DNA from: Antedon mediterranea
Taxonomy: Eukaryota > Animalia > Echinodermata
NCBI RefSeq assembly: GCF_964355755.1
Contig: NC_092670.1
Span: 26,088,795-26,152,794 of the forward strand
DNA: 64,000 nucleotides
Direction of reading: 5' to 3'
The translations under genes were made by a program, and so were the position numbers. Shown here one piece after another: positions 13,651-26,297 of this stretch; positions within the stretch are counted from its first letter, which is position 1; the number at the start of each line of letters is the position of its first letter. The notes below the pieces were generated by a model that saw only the letters and a list, made by a program, of their open reading frames with translations, was not told the DNA's origin and searched no databases.

Positions 13651-14169
13651 GGCAAGTCTACTGATTAAAAATAGGTATTTTTTTGCACAAATTTGCATTA
13701 AATTACCCATTTTTTAGCACACGATTCTTAAACTTTAACATGCACATATGGGTTGTTATTTTGCAATTAAAGTTCATCAAAATGAATGTAATCTACTACA
13801 GAAGGTATGAAAAACAAAAATCAATTGCAAAAACCATTTTTCCACGCTTTTTACGAGCTGCGCAAAACGCAAACAATTTAGACAATTTTGAAATTCTCAA
13901 AATGGCCTAAAATGTACGCGAAATTGATTAGAAATTAATTTTGCACTACCTAAAGTAGCTTGCGGTGAATGTTCTCTCATGGACGGTCTTTGGGCCTAGC
14001 CTATTCATTTTGTTAAATTCGAAACTCCTCTAATAAAAATCTTGGCTAAGTAGTAGATGGTAATAGTAAGTTGTTGTGTTGAATTGCGTTGAGTTTTGAT
14101 TGCAATATCGTTGAAGTTGAACAGAGTTCAACATCTATGATGATCGTTAAAAGTGACAAATTACAACAT

Positions 14170-16515
14170 TGTGTTTGATCTTTTTCGGACTTTGAATGCA
14201 GTCCCATGGGATTTGTGTTTTAACCAGCCTAACATTGACTTAACTTGGTCGTATTTTAAAGACCTGTTTCTCGCAGCCATTGACGATTGTGTACCTAAGG
14301 TGAAAAGTAGATCTCGTAATGTGGATAACTAGTGAACTCATTCAGTTGTCACGTAAAAAGAGGCGATTATTTAGGGCTGCTAAACGACATCCAAACAATG
14401 TACATAAATGGGAGAAGTACAAAAAACTTAGAAATAATTTGCGGACACTTACGAGAAAATCACACTTTGAATACTTACACAACCTAAGCATTGGATGTAA
14501 GAGAAACCCCAAACGATTTTGGTCATATGTAAAAAAGAAACGCAAATCAACTTCTGAAACTAACTTTACTCATAACGGTAATGTTATTAATTCAAATGTT
14601 GAAGTTGCAAATGCTTTTGCTAACTTCTTTCATTCTAATTTTACCAAAGACGACAGTTTTAGTCTAACCAATGAAACGGCTAATTGTCAGCATAATGATA
14701 TTATTTCTTCATCTCATATTTGTATTGATAATAACACAACTTTTAGAGCTCTGTTATCCTTAGATACAAATAAATCTCCTGGACCCGGCGGGATTACTCC
14801 CAAAATGTTAAGTATGGCTGCCCCGATCATTTCTCCTATCCTGTGTAGGATCTTTAAATTATCTCTTGATCAGGGTAGAGTTCCTTTGGATTGGAAGCTA
14901 GCCAATGTCGTTCCGATATTCAAATCTGGTAACAGAAACGAAATATCGAATTATGGACCTATTTCACTTTGTTCAGTCGTGGGTAAAGTACTTGAGCGCT
15001 TTGTGGCAGATTATCTCCTCCAACACTTGCAGCGTAATGGTTTTATTAGCCCTGTTCAACATGGATTTTATCCAGGCCGCTCATGTGTTACTCAAGCTAC
15101 CTATTTATACCATGAATGGGCTAAAACCCTTGATATTGCCAATCCTCCTGTTATTGATGCTATTTTTCTGGACTGGGAAAAGGCGTTTGATCACGTCAGC
15201 CACTCTAAGCTTCTTCATAAACTCCATGATTTCGGAGTGTGTGGGCACATGCTAGGCTGGATAGATTCATTTCTTTCAGGTCGGCAGCAACATGTCCTCA
15301 TTAATGGTCAGGTGTCCGAATGGAATGATGTCAATTCCGGGGTTCCACAGGGCACTGTTTTGGGCCCCATCCTATTTAATGCGTTTGTTTTTGACCTTCC
15401 AATGTCTGTCACCTCCAAAGTCAGGCAGTATGCTGACGATACAGTCATATTTCGGCCAATATGCTCTAATGTTGATGTAGTTTCTCTCCAAAATGATTTA
15501 AATCGCATAGATGAGTGGTGTGAAAACAATGCCATGAAGTTGAATGCCGCTAAGTGCAAGGTTCTTCATATTACACGTAGGAGAAATCCCATCCACAATT
15601 TTTATAGTATCCGTTTTGTTGAACTCTCTCCTGTTTCCTCCCACAAATACCTTGGTATCCATTTCTCTTCTGACCTCTCTTGGTCCAAGCATGTTAATGC
15701 CGTCTCTACTAAATCGCTCCAAATTCTTGGGTTTATTAAACGCTTTGTGGCAGTAAATGACTCGGATATTATGCTTCGTCTTTTTAATGGGTTATGTAGA
15801 CCAATACTGGAATATGCTGCCCCCATTTGGGTTCCACATCAAAAGCAGCACATTACTGCTATTAATAAATCCCTTCGTCGAGTCACCAAGTTATGTGTTC
15901 CTGGTGGTTACGAGGAGCGATTACTTAGGTTAAAGTTGCCTTCGATTGACCAGAGATTAAAGTATCTCAGTATTATTTTTGTAGTTAGGTGTTTTTATGG
16001 TCATATTGATTTTGACATACACAATTATATTGCTTTTAACCCTAGACACCCTGAAAAAGTTATTTTTAAACACAAATTTGCAAGAACCAATTGTCTAAAA
16101 TTCTCGTTATTCAATCAGTTTCCACGTATTTGGCAAAATATCCCTGACCCCATCAAAGACTGATTTTTATTTAGCTTCAGCCAATTTAAAAACTCTCTTC
16201 ATTCAACTATTACTGAACTTTAAACTGTGCATTTCTTTGTGTAATTACAATTATTTCTTATAATTGTTGATTGCTCAATTTGTTTATGTCATTTTGTAGT
16301 TTTCATATTTATGATCTTTTGATCTGTATTTTATATATTTTAAAGTTTATGTGTGTCTTCAATTTTTATGTGATTTATGTATGTGGTTTGGAGTATTGGA
16401 GAGCCACTTTGATAGTGCTTGCACTGTTGGCAATTCACAGGGTACTCCATCCACACTTCGTTTGTTAATGTTGTTGTCTGTATACCTGGAAATTGAATAA
16501 ATAAAATAAATAAAA
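14170..16515 (+). mobile_element. 5'-truncated CR1/L2-group LINE with largely intact RT ORF (14319..16163), antisense in RIMS intron 1
   Basis: RT motifs KSPGPGGI, WKLANVVPIFK, QHGFYPGRSC, FLDWEKAFDHVSH, GVPQGTVLGPILF, YADD, KYLGI, RPILEYAAPIW; upstream frameshifted peptide VPWDLCF..WSYFKDLFL; (AATAA)n tail at ~16496-16515; no endonuclease domain. Confidence 0.93.
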
Positions 16516-17496
16516 CATGATGTTTGTGTCGACTTATCTGATTGGTGGAATTCGATCAAACTTACCACATGCTTTCAATGTGATAAACTGCGAATCAAGT
16601 GGGGGTGTACACCCCCTACGCCTCCAATAGATTCACTACTGCGGAGTATGTATTTGCTAGCAATAAACAAGTTGTCTACATAAGTCAATGTTAATAGTGA
16701 CAGCTGTATATTACATTGCAGTAATTGTAGTCCCAATGGAATATATTGATGATCCACCACAAGCAAAAAATATTAGTATTATAATACATTCATATAGCCA
16801 TTAGTGGTTGGATCAACATCGTGCAAGTGTAGTTTACTAAAACATTTGAGGCACCGGCAATATTGTATTTGTGATTGTCAAAATTTTTGTTATTGAAACT
16901 TAATAATAAAGCATTTAAAAATAAAAAACGAGAAAAATGAATTTTTAATAAAGTTCATCATTGATGTCAATGAAACTAAATGACTCTCAAAATATGGAAT
17001 TGAAAACATTTGGTTCTCTTTCTTCATACATCACATTCAATAGTGTCTCATTTATCCATGCCTTATTTTCCCCCAAATGAGGCAGACGAGGTACTTTTTA
17101 TTTTCACCATTCACTCCAATTCCCCAGCACAGATCAATAATTATATTTAATATATTATAAAGCATATTTTAATCTGTTATAGCTCCTCCGAATGAAAGGT
17201 AACCATCATGTTTATAACTTCAAGATTATAAAAGCTGCTGAATTGTAGATATGAAACATCGGATGTTGTGACGTCAACATATGGTCAGTAGAATTTCAAA
17301 AGTGGTATTTTCATCTGTTTTGTCATAGTAATTGTGTATCTAGTTCAACATGCTCAATTTTCTTCCAAATTGTAATATATTGTTGCTCAGGTTATTACCT
17401 ACCAAGTTAATCATGTTTTAATATTATGACGTCATCACTAAAAAAATTAGATTATTACAGTAGGTCCCGTGATGTACACTTCCTGCATATATTATG

Positions 17497-18367
17497 GGGT
17501 GCAGGTCAAGTCGGCCCCAAACCGTCTCGGCCAAAGTCAAGTCGGCCCCACGTCAAGTCGGCCCCAAGTCAACTCGGACTCAAGTCAACTCGGACTCAAG
17601 TCAACTCGGCCTCAAGTCAACTCGGCCTCACGTCAACTCAGCCAAAAACTAATCGGTCAACTCGGCCACAATAAAGTATGGAACGCAAAAAGTGCTTAAT
17701 ATTATTACGATTCTTACTATCCACGTTTTAATAAAAATGAAGAAATAAAAAATATAATATCATATAAAAAAATGAACTCATTGCCGATATGAATAGAACT
17801 ACCTGCGTGTTACAAAAAACATGTGCAGGTACCGTATTTTAGGAAATCGAAGACGGAGGCCTACGTTCCACCATTTGGCCATAGAAAAAATGATCGTACA
17901 TCGTTTTTGTGCATGATTTGCGTTTTTAAAAAAGGGGAATCCCCCGGTCAGCGAAAACACGTAGCAGTTGTAGATATCGAAAAAGCTGGCAAACGCACAG
18001 GGGGAGGCTCAGCTACGAAATTTTATTAAACGTAAATAAAGGAAAGTTGGTGAAATCATTTCTATTTTTTTTGCTAAATATATTATTGTCTAAATAGTAA
18101 TATTCATTAAAAGTCAGAATTATTCATAGTTAAAAAATTGTGAAGAAATATTATTTTATCAATCCCCTTCATTTGCACTTTTTGCGTTCCATACTTTAAT
18201 GGGCCGAGTTGACCGATTATTTTTTGGCCGAGTTGACGTGAGGCCGAGTTGAGGCCGAGTTGACTTGAGGCCGAGTTGAGTTGCGGCCGAGTTGACTTGC
18301 GGCCGAGTTGACTTGGGGCCGACTTGACTTTGGCCGAGACGGTTTAGGGCCGACTTGGATCGAAACC
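17497..18367. mobile_element. Non-autonomous DNA transposon with 15-bp subterminal arrays and 8-bp TSD
   Basis: TSD ATATTATG at 17489-17496 and 18368-18375; CAAGTCAACTCGGCC arrays inverted at both ends; inner arms also inverted (AAAGTATGGAACGCAAAAAGTGC). Confidence 0.88.
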
Positions 18368-18423
18368 ATATTATGACACAAAATAAACAGAATTCAGCAC
18401 TTCTAGACCTACAATTTTTTCTT

Positions 18424-18890
18424 GTCTTAAATGTACGTTTTATGGTAAATTATGATTTTTTTTAAAAAGAAACAATGCATTAGCTAAATGGCTCGTGTTG
18501 AATGCCCTCTCGAGGATAGTCTTAGCCTAAATTAGCTAGACTCAGTTTTGTAGGCCTAGCTGGTAAATAGTGGTAACGTACGAACATCGTACACTAGCTG
18601 TAAGCCTAGCCTGACGTTGTTTCGTTGCTAAATTAATTGTCTTTCAATTTTTGGTAAAATCTGGGGAAGACCGGGTCCTTTTTTTTGTTTACCTTTCAAG
18701 CGATCATTCGAAGTGGGTGCATCACATCACAATATGAAAATATCAATCCGCAAGCAATGCATGTTGGGATTTATAGCGGGCAGCTATAATAATTAGAATC
18801 GCCTTATTTTTCACATTTTAACCACTTAAAGATGAATAAAATGATCGCAATAGGTTCATATAATAATTATTTTAACATAAAATGTAGAGT
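18424..18890 (-). mobile_element. Diverged inverted copy of the Kolobok-type MITE family at 29806-30432
   Basis: GTCTTAAATGTACGTTTTATGGTAAATTATGA and GGTAACGTACGAACATCGTAC are reverse complements of segments in 30180-30350. Confidence 0.75.
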
Positions 18891-19065
18891 TAAATTCCAG
18901 TTATATTTTACAATTGACTGAGGAATTCTTATTTATAAGTATATATGTAAGCTCATGCCTTGAGTTATCCCCATCCTAACAGTTTAATATATCAGATGAT
19001 TAAATTTTCATGGAATATATTGATATAACACAACGCATAGGACCCATAAACTCTGTACTTGACAT

Positions 19066-19200
19066 TATTTACCTCCGCAAAGGAGGTATATGTAGTCGAT
19101 CATGTGTGTTTGTTTGTTTGTTTAAATTACTCAAAATGTTATTGCAATATCTTTACCAAAATAAAAATACAGATAGATATGTAGCCAATGACCAGGGTCT
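19066..19200 (+). mobile_element. Helentron-associated (HINE/DINE-like) element 5' fragment
   Basis: TTTACCTCCGCAAAGGAGGTA hairpin followed by a (GTTT)n microsatellite, the layout typical of such elements. Confidence 0.45.
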
Positions 19201-19458
19201 CAAAATGGTTTGCTCCGTGCATGACACAAACGTGTTTGAACGTCAATGTTGTCAAGAGACAGCCATCTGGGTGACACAAACGCGTGTTAGCGTCCTAGCT
19301 ATATTTCGAAAGACCTGTGTAAAAAAGCATATTGAGAACGGTTGATTGCCAAAAATGTTTTAATGGTGGCATGTATCTGAAACACGTTTATACCTCAAGT
19401 ATCGGTTATTCAGTTGTATTATCTGTGTGAGGATTGTCTATTAATACTAAGTTGGGCA

Positions 19459-20545
19459 TGGTGGCAGCATTAATCTAAAATCTTACGCAATACATTCTAT
19501 ACACACAAGGATATCGACCCTACTGTTTACACAGACTTAGCATTAAACGGCCGTTATTATTGCACATCAGGCGAGCGACTGACTTATTATAGCTGCCGTA
19601 AAAACTTGTTAATTGGAGGAATAACGTTTTCATTCAGTACACTTCGTAAACATACACAAACCACACAGCAGAAAGTAACCATGTTAAATCTAATGTTATG
19701 GCAAATCGCTAACTTATTGCCCCATCATTACCAGAAACACTACCTTGTATTTGGTAGTGCATACGATTGCATTACGGAGTCCAATCTAGTGGACCTTTAC
19801 CAACGTTTGCTTACATTCATTGATGACAATCTTCTCCAAACATATAGTGTTATAGCCCATCACAATCAACCCATTGCTTAAGATGAAGAACTCACTCCTT
19901 CAATCGAAAACCTATTCACACTTACATGGCTATACTTAATTCACCCTTCACTTCCCTAACTCATTAAACAGAGATACGGCATAGAGCTCTGCTCCCGCAC
20001 ACTGGCGTCTATCAAGCCTGAAATTTCACAAGCAATGACATCATTATTAGAGATAAAAAATAGCAATATTTCAGCGGTTTTACCAAAGACCTGACTTCCA
20101 GAATGTGATCGCCGCTACATGGCACATGCCTGGGCCGCAGACATCTTTACAGCTACTGAACAGGATTCCACCAGTAACTCTTCAGATACAGGTCCGCCTT
20201 TCACGGCTATAATACTATTCACACTATTGACAGCGGCGCTACTGGCAACATGATTCGTGAATCAAACTCAAATTTCTCCGGCATCCAGATTAAGCCTAGC
20301 AATCAAACAGCACACCAGGCTGATGGTTTTTCACCGTTACAGGTTATTGGTGAGACAAACGTCACCTCTACGCGTGATAGTAAGACTTTCAACTGCCTCG
20401 TCATTAAGAACCTTGACGTTGAGGTACTCGCTGGTACACCTATCAGGGAACAGAATGATATTTCTATACACCCCGCTAACAGTCAGGTGGTAATGGCCAA
20501 TGGCACAACATACATATATGGCTCCCCGCATACAAATTCGTCCGT
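19459..20545 (+). mobile_element. Decayed Ty3/Gypsy LTR retrotransposon (PBS, gag, aspartic protease)
   Basis: CA|TGGTGGCAGC PBS-like site at 19459; gag peptides [80 protein letters not shown]; protease TIDSGATGNMI...QADG..PLQVIGE...VLAGTP. Confidence 0.85.
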
Positions 20546-20759
20546 TGCTGTAATACTATTTTAGCACTGATTCAGTTCAGTTTAAACAATCATGTAAACA
20601 TCATGATACTTTTCAAATTGCATAGCGTCATCATGGGTACTATGGCCCATTATTAATCTTACTTGCTTTTAAGATTCGACTGAACTGAAATTTCATCATT
20701 AATGTATGAAAATATGTTATAATGTATTTTGTATGTATTAACGGCGACCAGTCTGATGA

Positions 20760-21495
20760 CTATGACTACAGATGGACCAATTTGGATGGAATAGATCTTG
20801 AGATCTTGAGATAGCCCAGATGACAGCGGAGATTGAAGAAAGTGGAAAAAAGTACGACGATTGGCTGATCAATGGAAAGCGAACGGTGATGGTGGTGGAC
20901 AGTAATGCGATTGTCAGGTATTGGCTGAACAAACACGAACATTTCACGATAACATATCACAAATACAACACACCATTGGCATCCAACAACAACAACTTAC
21001 ACAACAAGCGAACGACATACGATCACTACATCAACGTATTATTGCCATCAAATCCAGACAGACACAAACAGTACAGACACGTAGGCACAACAAAAAACAC
21101 CAGTACAACAACAAATGCCAGTACAACAACATGGACCACCACCACAAACACCATCAAGTTCAGTTCCAGTACCAAGACGAAAGCTGTCCCCACCGAACGA
21201 TCTCCAACATGAACTAATGATGAAACTGCTGAGGGAGCAAGAAGACACCAAGAAAGTCGTACAGCTGCTCCTGGCTTTTTACTTCACTGAAGAAGAACGA
21301 CTTCATTGTAACCTTAGTGATACAAGAAACGCAGGGACGTTCGACACAGAGTGATTAGCTAAAGTGAGATCATTAACTTTTCGCTATTCACCTGTTGCAC
21401 GTGCGCTAGAAAAGAAGGTTTGGCGCACCTGTGTCATTGCCATAGATGCCGCACGGCGCAATAAGAAACGAAAACTAAGATTAAGTTTAGAATAA
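20760..21495 (+). pseudogene. BEN-domain protein pseudogene (coiled coil, P/Q/S-rich linker, C-terminal BEN domain)
   Basis: Reading through the TGA at 21352-21354 gives KKVVQLLLAFYFTEEERLHCNLSDTRNAGTFDTE*LAKVRSLTFRYSPVARALEKKVWRTCVIAIDAARRNKKRK, matching the BEN pattern L...F+.EE.....N+.G.....LD...L..I+...F...P.......W..C..AID...R; upstream coiled-coil peptide in another frame (ORF 20921..21217). Confidence 0.72.
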
Positions 21496-21861
21496 CTAGA
21501 AAACATGTAATGTAAATATATTTTATAATTAATTTTGTACTGTTGATTTTATCGATGTTTTTGTATTAAAATATATTTATTATGAAAATGTTAATGTTTG
21601 CTAAAACTGTGTTTGTTAATTTATATGTAGTAAGCTTTTAATTTTATACATATTAATTGCAATAGAAAATATAAGTGGGATAATGTTGTTGTATTAAAAT
21701 ATATTAAATAAAGTGTTATGTTTGCTAAAGTTGTGTTTTTGAATTTATATATAATAAGCTTTTAAGTTTGTAGATATTCATTAAAAAACAATGGGTCTTT
21801 TATTAACAGGAGAATGATGATGTTCATACGAAAGACACAAACTTTATTTTAGCAATAAAAA

Positions 21862-21901
21862 ATCTCTTTTGTGATTGTGGTAGCCCTGAAAAGGGCTGTT
21901 T
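21862..21901 (-). other. Replication-dependent histone-mRNA-type 3' processing signal (stem-loop plus HDE-like element) with no histone gene
   Basis: Minus strand AAAC-AGCCCT-TTTC-AGGGCT-ACCAC-AATCAC-AAAAGAGA: 6-bp stem and TTTC loop (21882-21897), canonical ACCAC 3' flank, purine-rich element about 11 nt downstream. Confidence 0.75.
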
Positions 21902-21923
21902 GATTTGAGAATACTGGTATACA

Positions 21924-22075
21924 TCAATATGCTTTTCGCTTTTCCTCTCCTCTTGATGACAGCCGGAATTACTTTTTTTAGATGACTGACATAGTTTTGG
22001 CATAAGTCTGGATTCATTTGTTCAGATGTAAATATTTTCTTGAATTATGATTTTCCACTCTTTCCTAGTCATTTT
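21924..22075 (-). pseudogene. C-terminal ~50 aa of a Tc1-like (DDE_3) transposase
   Basis: With two single-base frameshift corrections the minus strand reads MTRKEWKIIIKKIFTSEQMNPDLCQNYVSHLKKVIPAVIKRRGKAKAY*. The uncorrected core MNPDLCQNYVSHLKKVIPAVIKRRGK resembles the Tc1-family C-terminus (+TPELC..YI.HL.KVIP.VI...G.A+.Y*). Confidence 0.65.
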
Positions 22076-23262
22076 AAAAAAGATTGACACAATTTCAAAT
22101 TTAAATGACGTCATACGAACATGTTGATTTAGACCATTTTCGCACGTTTTAGTTACAAATATTGTCAAAATAATAGCTCTTCAGGATCAAAGGTGACTCA
22201 CAATTTTATCTTTTTCATTTTCTGTATTCCATTTTCCCTAAAAATGTTTAATTATCTAGGCCAATCAACTGTCTTTCGCTTGAGTTTAAAATATTTTAAT
22301 TTTTATGACATCATAATGTCTAAAATTTAAATAACGGGGGTCACTTATTTTCATCTTTACAGTGAATTTCAATCTGTTATAGCTCGTCAGAATAAAAAGT
22401 GATAATCATGACAATCACCACTCGAAAGTCCAGATTGTACGCACGCATACACTTGGGAGGTATAAACTGATTTCCCCGACTGAAAAGGGTCTATGCTTGC
22501 GGATGCACCCCCTAATAAAGGCACAACGGACCACTTTTTTTTAAGCCTCTAGGCCTCATGTTTCCAAAGTATAAGATGCAATTTTTGAAGACCTGCAGCT
22601 CTATTTTTCTAAATTTTCTTAGCTCCATCCCAACCACGGTTGACTGTTTCTGTCGACTTGTAATTTCGTTTTATAGTATCATTAATATGTATAATTTCAA
22701 CTTCCGGGGACCTAGCAGCTCTATTTTCAAAAATTTTCTTACAGATCAGCCCAAGGCACGCATTTCCAATTTTTGCACCCCCAGACAGCAACCAGTCTAC
22801 GCCTCTGCGATAAACAATATAGGCCTACCTCTTCGCCCTACAGTACTGGCTAGGCCTAAACAGATAGTTTCTCTGTGTGGTGTGTATGCTCTGACCACCG
22901 CTCGTGAGGTAAACACACGTGTTGTGGATTACAGATTTTCTCTAGTAAAAAATGTGAACTTTGAACTATAGTTTTCTATTCCGTTGGTCACAATTTAACT
23001 TTAATTTTTTGGTCAGCAAAGTCGGCCTGGTACGGTCGGGGATATGGACACAGGAGGAACGTCAAAACAACCGTAGGCACGCATGCGCCAGTTGATTTCA
23101 CGACCATGTATCTATATTTTTAATTTATACTAACAAATATATTTTTATTAATATTATAATAATAATAATAATTTATATCAAAAATGTATTTAATAATATT
23201 TTTCGCATAATATACAATCTACGATAATTTAATTAATTGATATAAAAAATGTAGCCTATTAA

Positions 23263-24389
23263 AATGGACCTGAAATGGAATTTCGATTTTCAAGAAATTC
23301 ACACATGTTATTTAAATGTATCAAATTAACACAAACTCATACAAATAAAAACAAAATGTATAGTATTTTGAGTAAAAACGACATTTTAAGATACCATGGT
23401 AAATTAGCGAAAATTACTCACGCCATTGCAATATTCTATTTCAACGGCCGTCAGAAGCCTCTATATTTACGACGTCACATATACACACGATGATATCGAG
23501 AGCGTGTATGCCGCCCGATAGTCAGTGAATGATCGATGGCCTGGAAAGATACGCGAAGCGTTGACACTAATACTAATTTATTCAATATCTAATGTTGTTG
23601 AAATATAGGTCCCTAAAATGTACTTCGTTTGTTCTAAAACCCGAATTTAGAAGGCCTACCTCCCAAACCTTTACTAGGCCTAGGCCCCCAATCCAGTGCG
23701 CGGAGTCGATCCACCACCCACATCATGCGGCGAGGCTCCGTTTCATGTGCATCCAAGACCAAAGCGATATCAACAACTTGCTGCGCTCATTGTCAAGCCA
23801 AAGTAAAATATGAATAAAATTCGTTTTCGAACTGCCTGATTCGTGACAAATCAATTATCATCTCATATTACTAATTTAATTCTGCTAAACTAAAAACTAA
23901 AGAAACTAACACATTTTAGCAGTATAAATTACGAACGATACAAAATACACGAACGGAAAATATGAATACGCATCATTGCGCACAGAGCTGTATCCCCGGA
24001 CAACGTTGCCAGGCCAACTTCGGTATTGCCAGAAAAAAACCGTTGATTTTAAGATTTTAAATCGTCATTTACTCGATGAATAACCGTTTATACGGTAATA
24101 ATTTTATCTAAAAAAATTCTAAATACGTTTCTGCAAATGCACAAGCATTTTTTAGAAAATACTCCATAGATTTCAAGAGTTATAGCCAAAAAACTGCAAA
24201 TTGTCCATTGGAGGGATAGGAATATATTCGCAAAGTGACGTCACCCGCGAATTTTTTTGATTTTCAAATGGGGCTTTCCCCAAAAGGGCCAATTTATATT
24301 TTGTAACAATATACATTCTAGCAACACCTAATAGCCCCCAAAACATCATTCTAAAATGAAAAAAATCGAAAATCCATTTCAGGTCCATT
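23263..24389. mobile_element. Kolobok-type non-autonomous DNA transposon
   Basis: TTAA TSD on both sides; TIR AATGGACCTGAAATGGA / TCCATTTCAGGTCCATT. Confidence 0.85.
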
Positions 24390-26297
24390 TTAAATAAATA
24401 ACATCATTTGAATAAAAGAACAGAACACACATCTACACATAATCAAACATCGTATACTCTATCTCTAACAATTTTTTCAATCTTCTATCGACTAAAGCCG
24501 AAGTATAGTCGTTATCTCGGAACCGTTCTATGATTACCACCAGGTAAGCTTACTTCATTAAAGCTTCTATGAATGGATGTACTGGTTGGGAGCAGGAACG
24601 CTAGTAGACCAAACCCAGTACCGTTTTGATTACGATCAATCAGGAAATTACCTCACGACATCATCATTGATAGTCCTCTCGACAACGTAATGCTGTACTG
24701 TATTACAAAAATTGCACATATGGATTTTATAAAACTGTTTACAGATACTCTACTTCTTATTAATTTATGATATGTTGAAAGTTGTTTTTTTGTTCATTTA
24801 ACAACGTTACTGCTGCAAATTATATAGGCGTATTGTCGAAATGAAGTAAATTTGAAGAATAAAGAATATATATTATTATTTGTGTAGTAGTACTGACTTT
24901 TTACAAACTAAATTTATTATGCAGGTTATTCCTTACATATTTTATTGACGTGAAACGTGAAATTCAATAAACTTTTGGGCTTTGTTTAGTGCCACCCAGC
25001 ATGGGTGTGGTGCTGTAATACAGAGAAGGAAATTGTAATTACAAAAAAAAAACCATTTCATTTTATTCTCATATATTATATATTAAGAAAGTAAATTAAT
25101 ACCTAGTATTAAATTGGCACACTTACAATTACATACAATGCAAATATTTTATTCAGTGACAACATTATAAACATTAAACAACCTAGCTAGCTACTTTCAA
25201 TTTGACGTCATGGCATTCTAGATCGCTATAGAGTGAGTTTAAAAAAATTGTTTATATCATCATAATTGCTGCTAGGCGCGTTAAAACACAGTCACACATG
25301 GTGTTTTATACCAGCAGCAGTAACTCAGTACTCTGGGAAGTTTGAGCGGAAGTCAAGCGTTGTTTTTTTTTCAATAAAATCGATGTCAGTCAGACTAGGC
25401 CTAGAAATAAAATGATTTTGTTCATTACCAAACATCGTCAAGTTTTACCACAGCCTAGTTCGAGATAAATATCTATCAGCATACAGTAAATCATGTCGTA
25501 ATACATATCTACAGTGTTTTAATGTAGGCCTAATAGTCTAGTGCATTGTTTGCACTGTAGCAATCATGATTCGCTGTACAGGTACTTGACAGTGACATTG
25601 TTTATTTGACAAAACTGCGTCGGGGAAAATAGCAATCATAACGGTCTGTCCGTCTAAAAAGCGTCAGATACATCAAAAAAACATATTCAGGACGCACTCT
25701 TGACAAATTCTTGATGCATCGGATGCATCCAAATCTGGGGGCTAGGCCTACAATACCGACCATAACTATAGTTATGGTCGGTACTGTAGGCCTAGAGTTT
25801 TTCTTTCAAAAAACATAAATCTCAAGAAATTGAAACTTTGACATGAATATACTAACATCGTATGAGGATAATAAAGTAATTTTCAGAAATCGGCAAATAC
25901 TGTACTTCTGCAAATTGTCTGCAGTATGTTTTCTGTACAGTAAGAAAGTACAGAAAGAAATTACTGCTTCATATCTAAGCGCAAGTCATTGTTATCCGAA
26001 TGTAGCCTACTATGTATTGTTTGTAGCCTATCTACGCGCAGATCGTAGGGTGGTCCATAGGGTTAGTAAACACCATTGTCATCGCCTTTAGAAGCATGGA
26101 CAATGCTTCTAAAGCTTCTTCTGAGCGACCGACTCACCGTTCTGATACTATATTTACAATCAATTTTTTACGATCTTTTTTGACGGCATCGTTTTTGGAT
26201 CGACTATTAGTTGGCCTAGTTCATTCACCTGTGTTGCATCGTCATGTCTCAACGTTTCCAACGTGCGAAATTTATATTTGCAATTGAGTAGGTAAAC

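Noticed and set aside
13285-13668. Four overlapping ORFs with heptad-like repeats
   Set aside because: Products of the 21-bp tandem repeat
17426-17699. Ser/Gln/Arg-rich ORFs
   Set aside because: Translations of the 15-bp subterminal array of a MITE
21860-22500. Histone gene or orphon upstream of the stem-loop
   Set aside because: No H1/H2A/H2B/H3/H4-like peptide seen on the minus strand; the upstream peptide resembles a Tc1 transposase C-terminus instead
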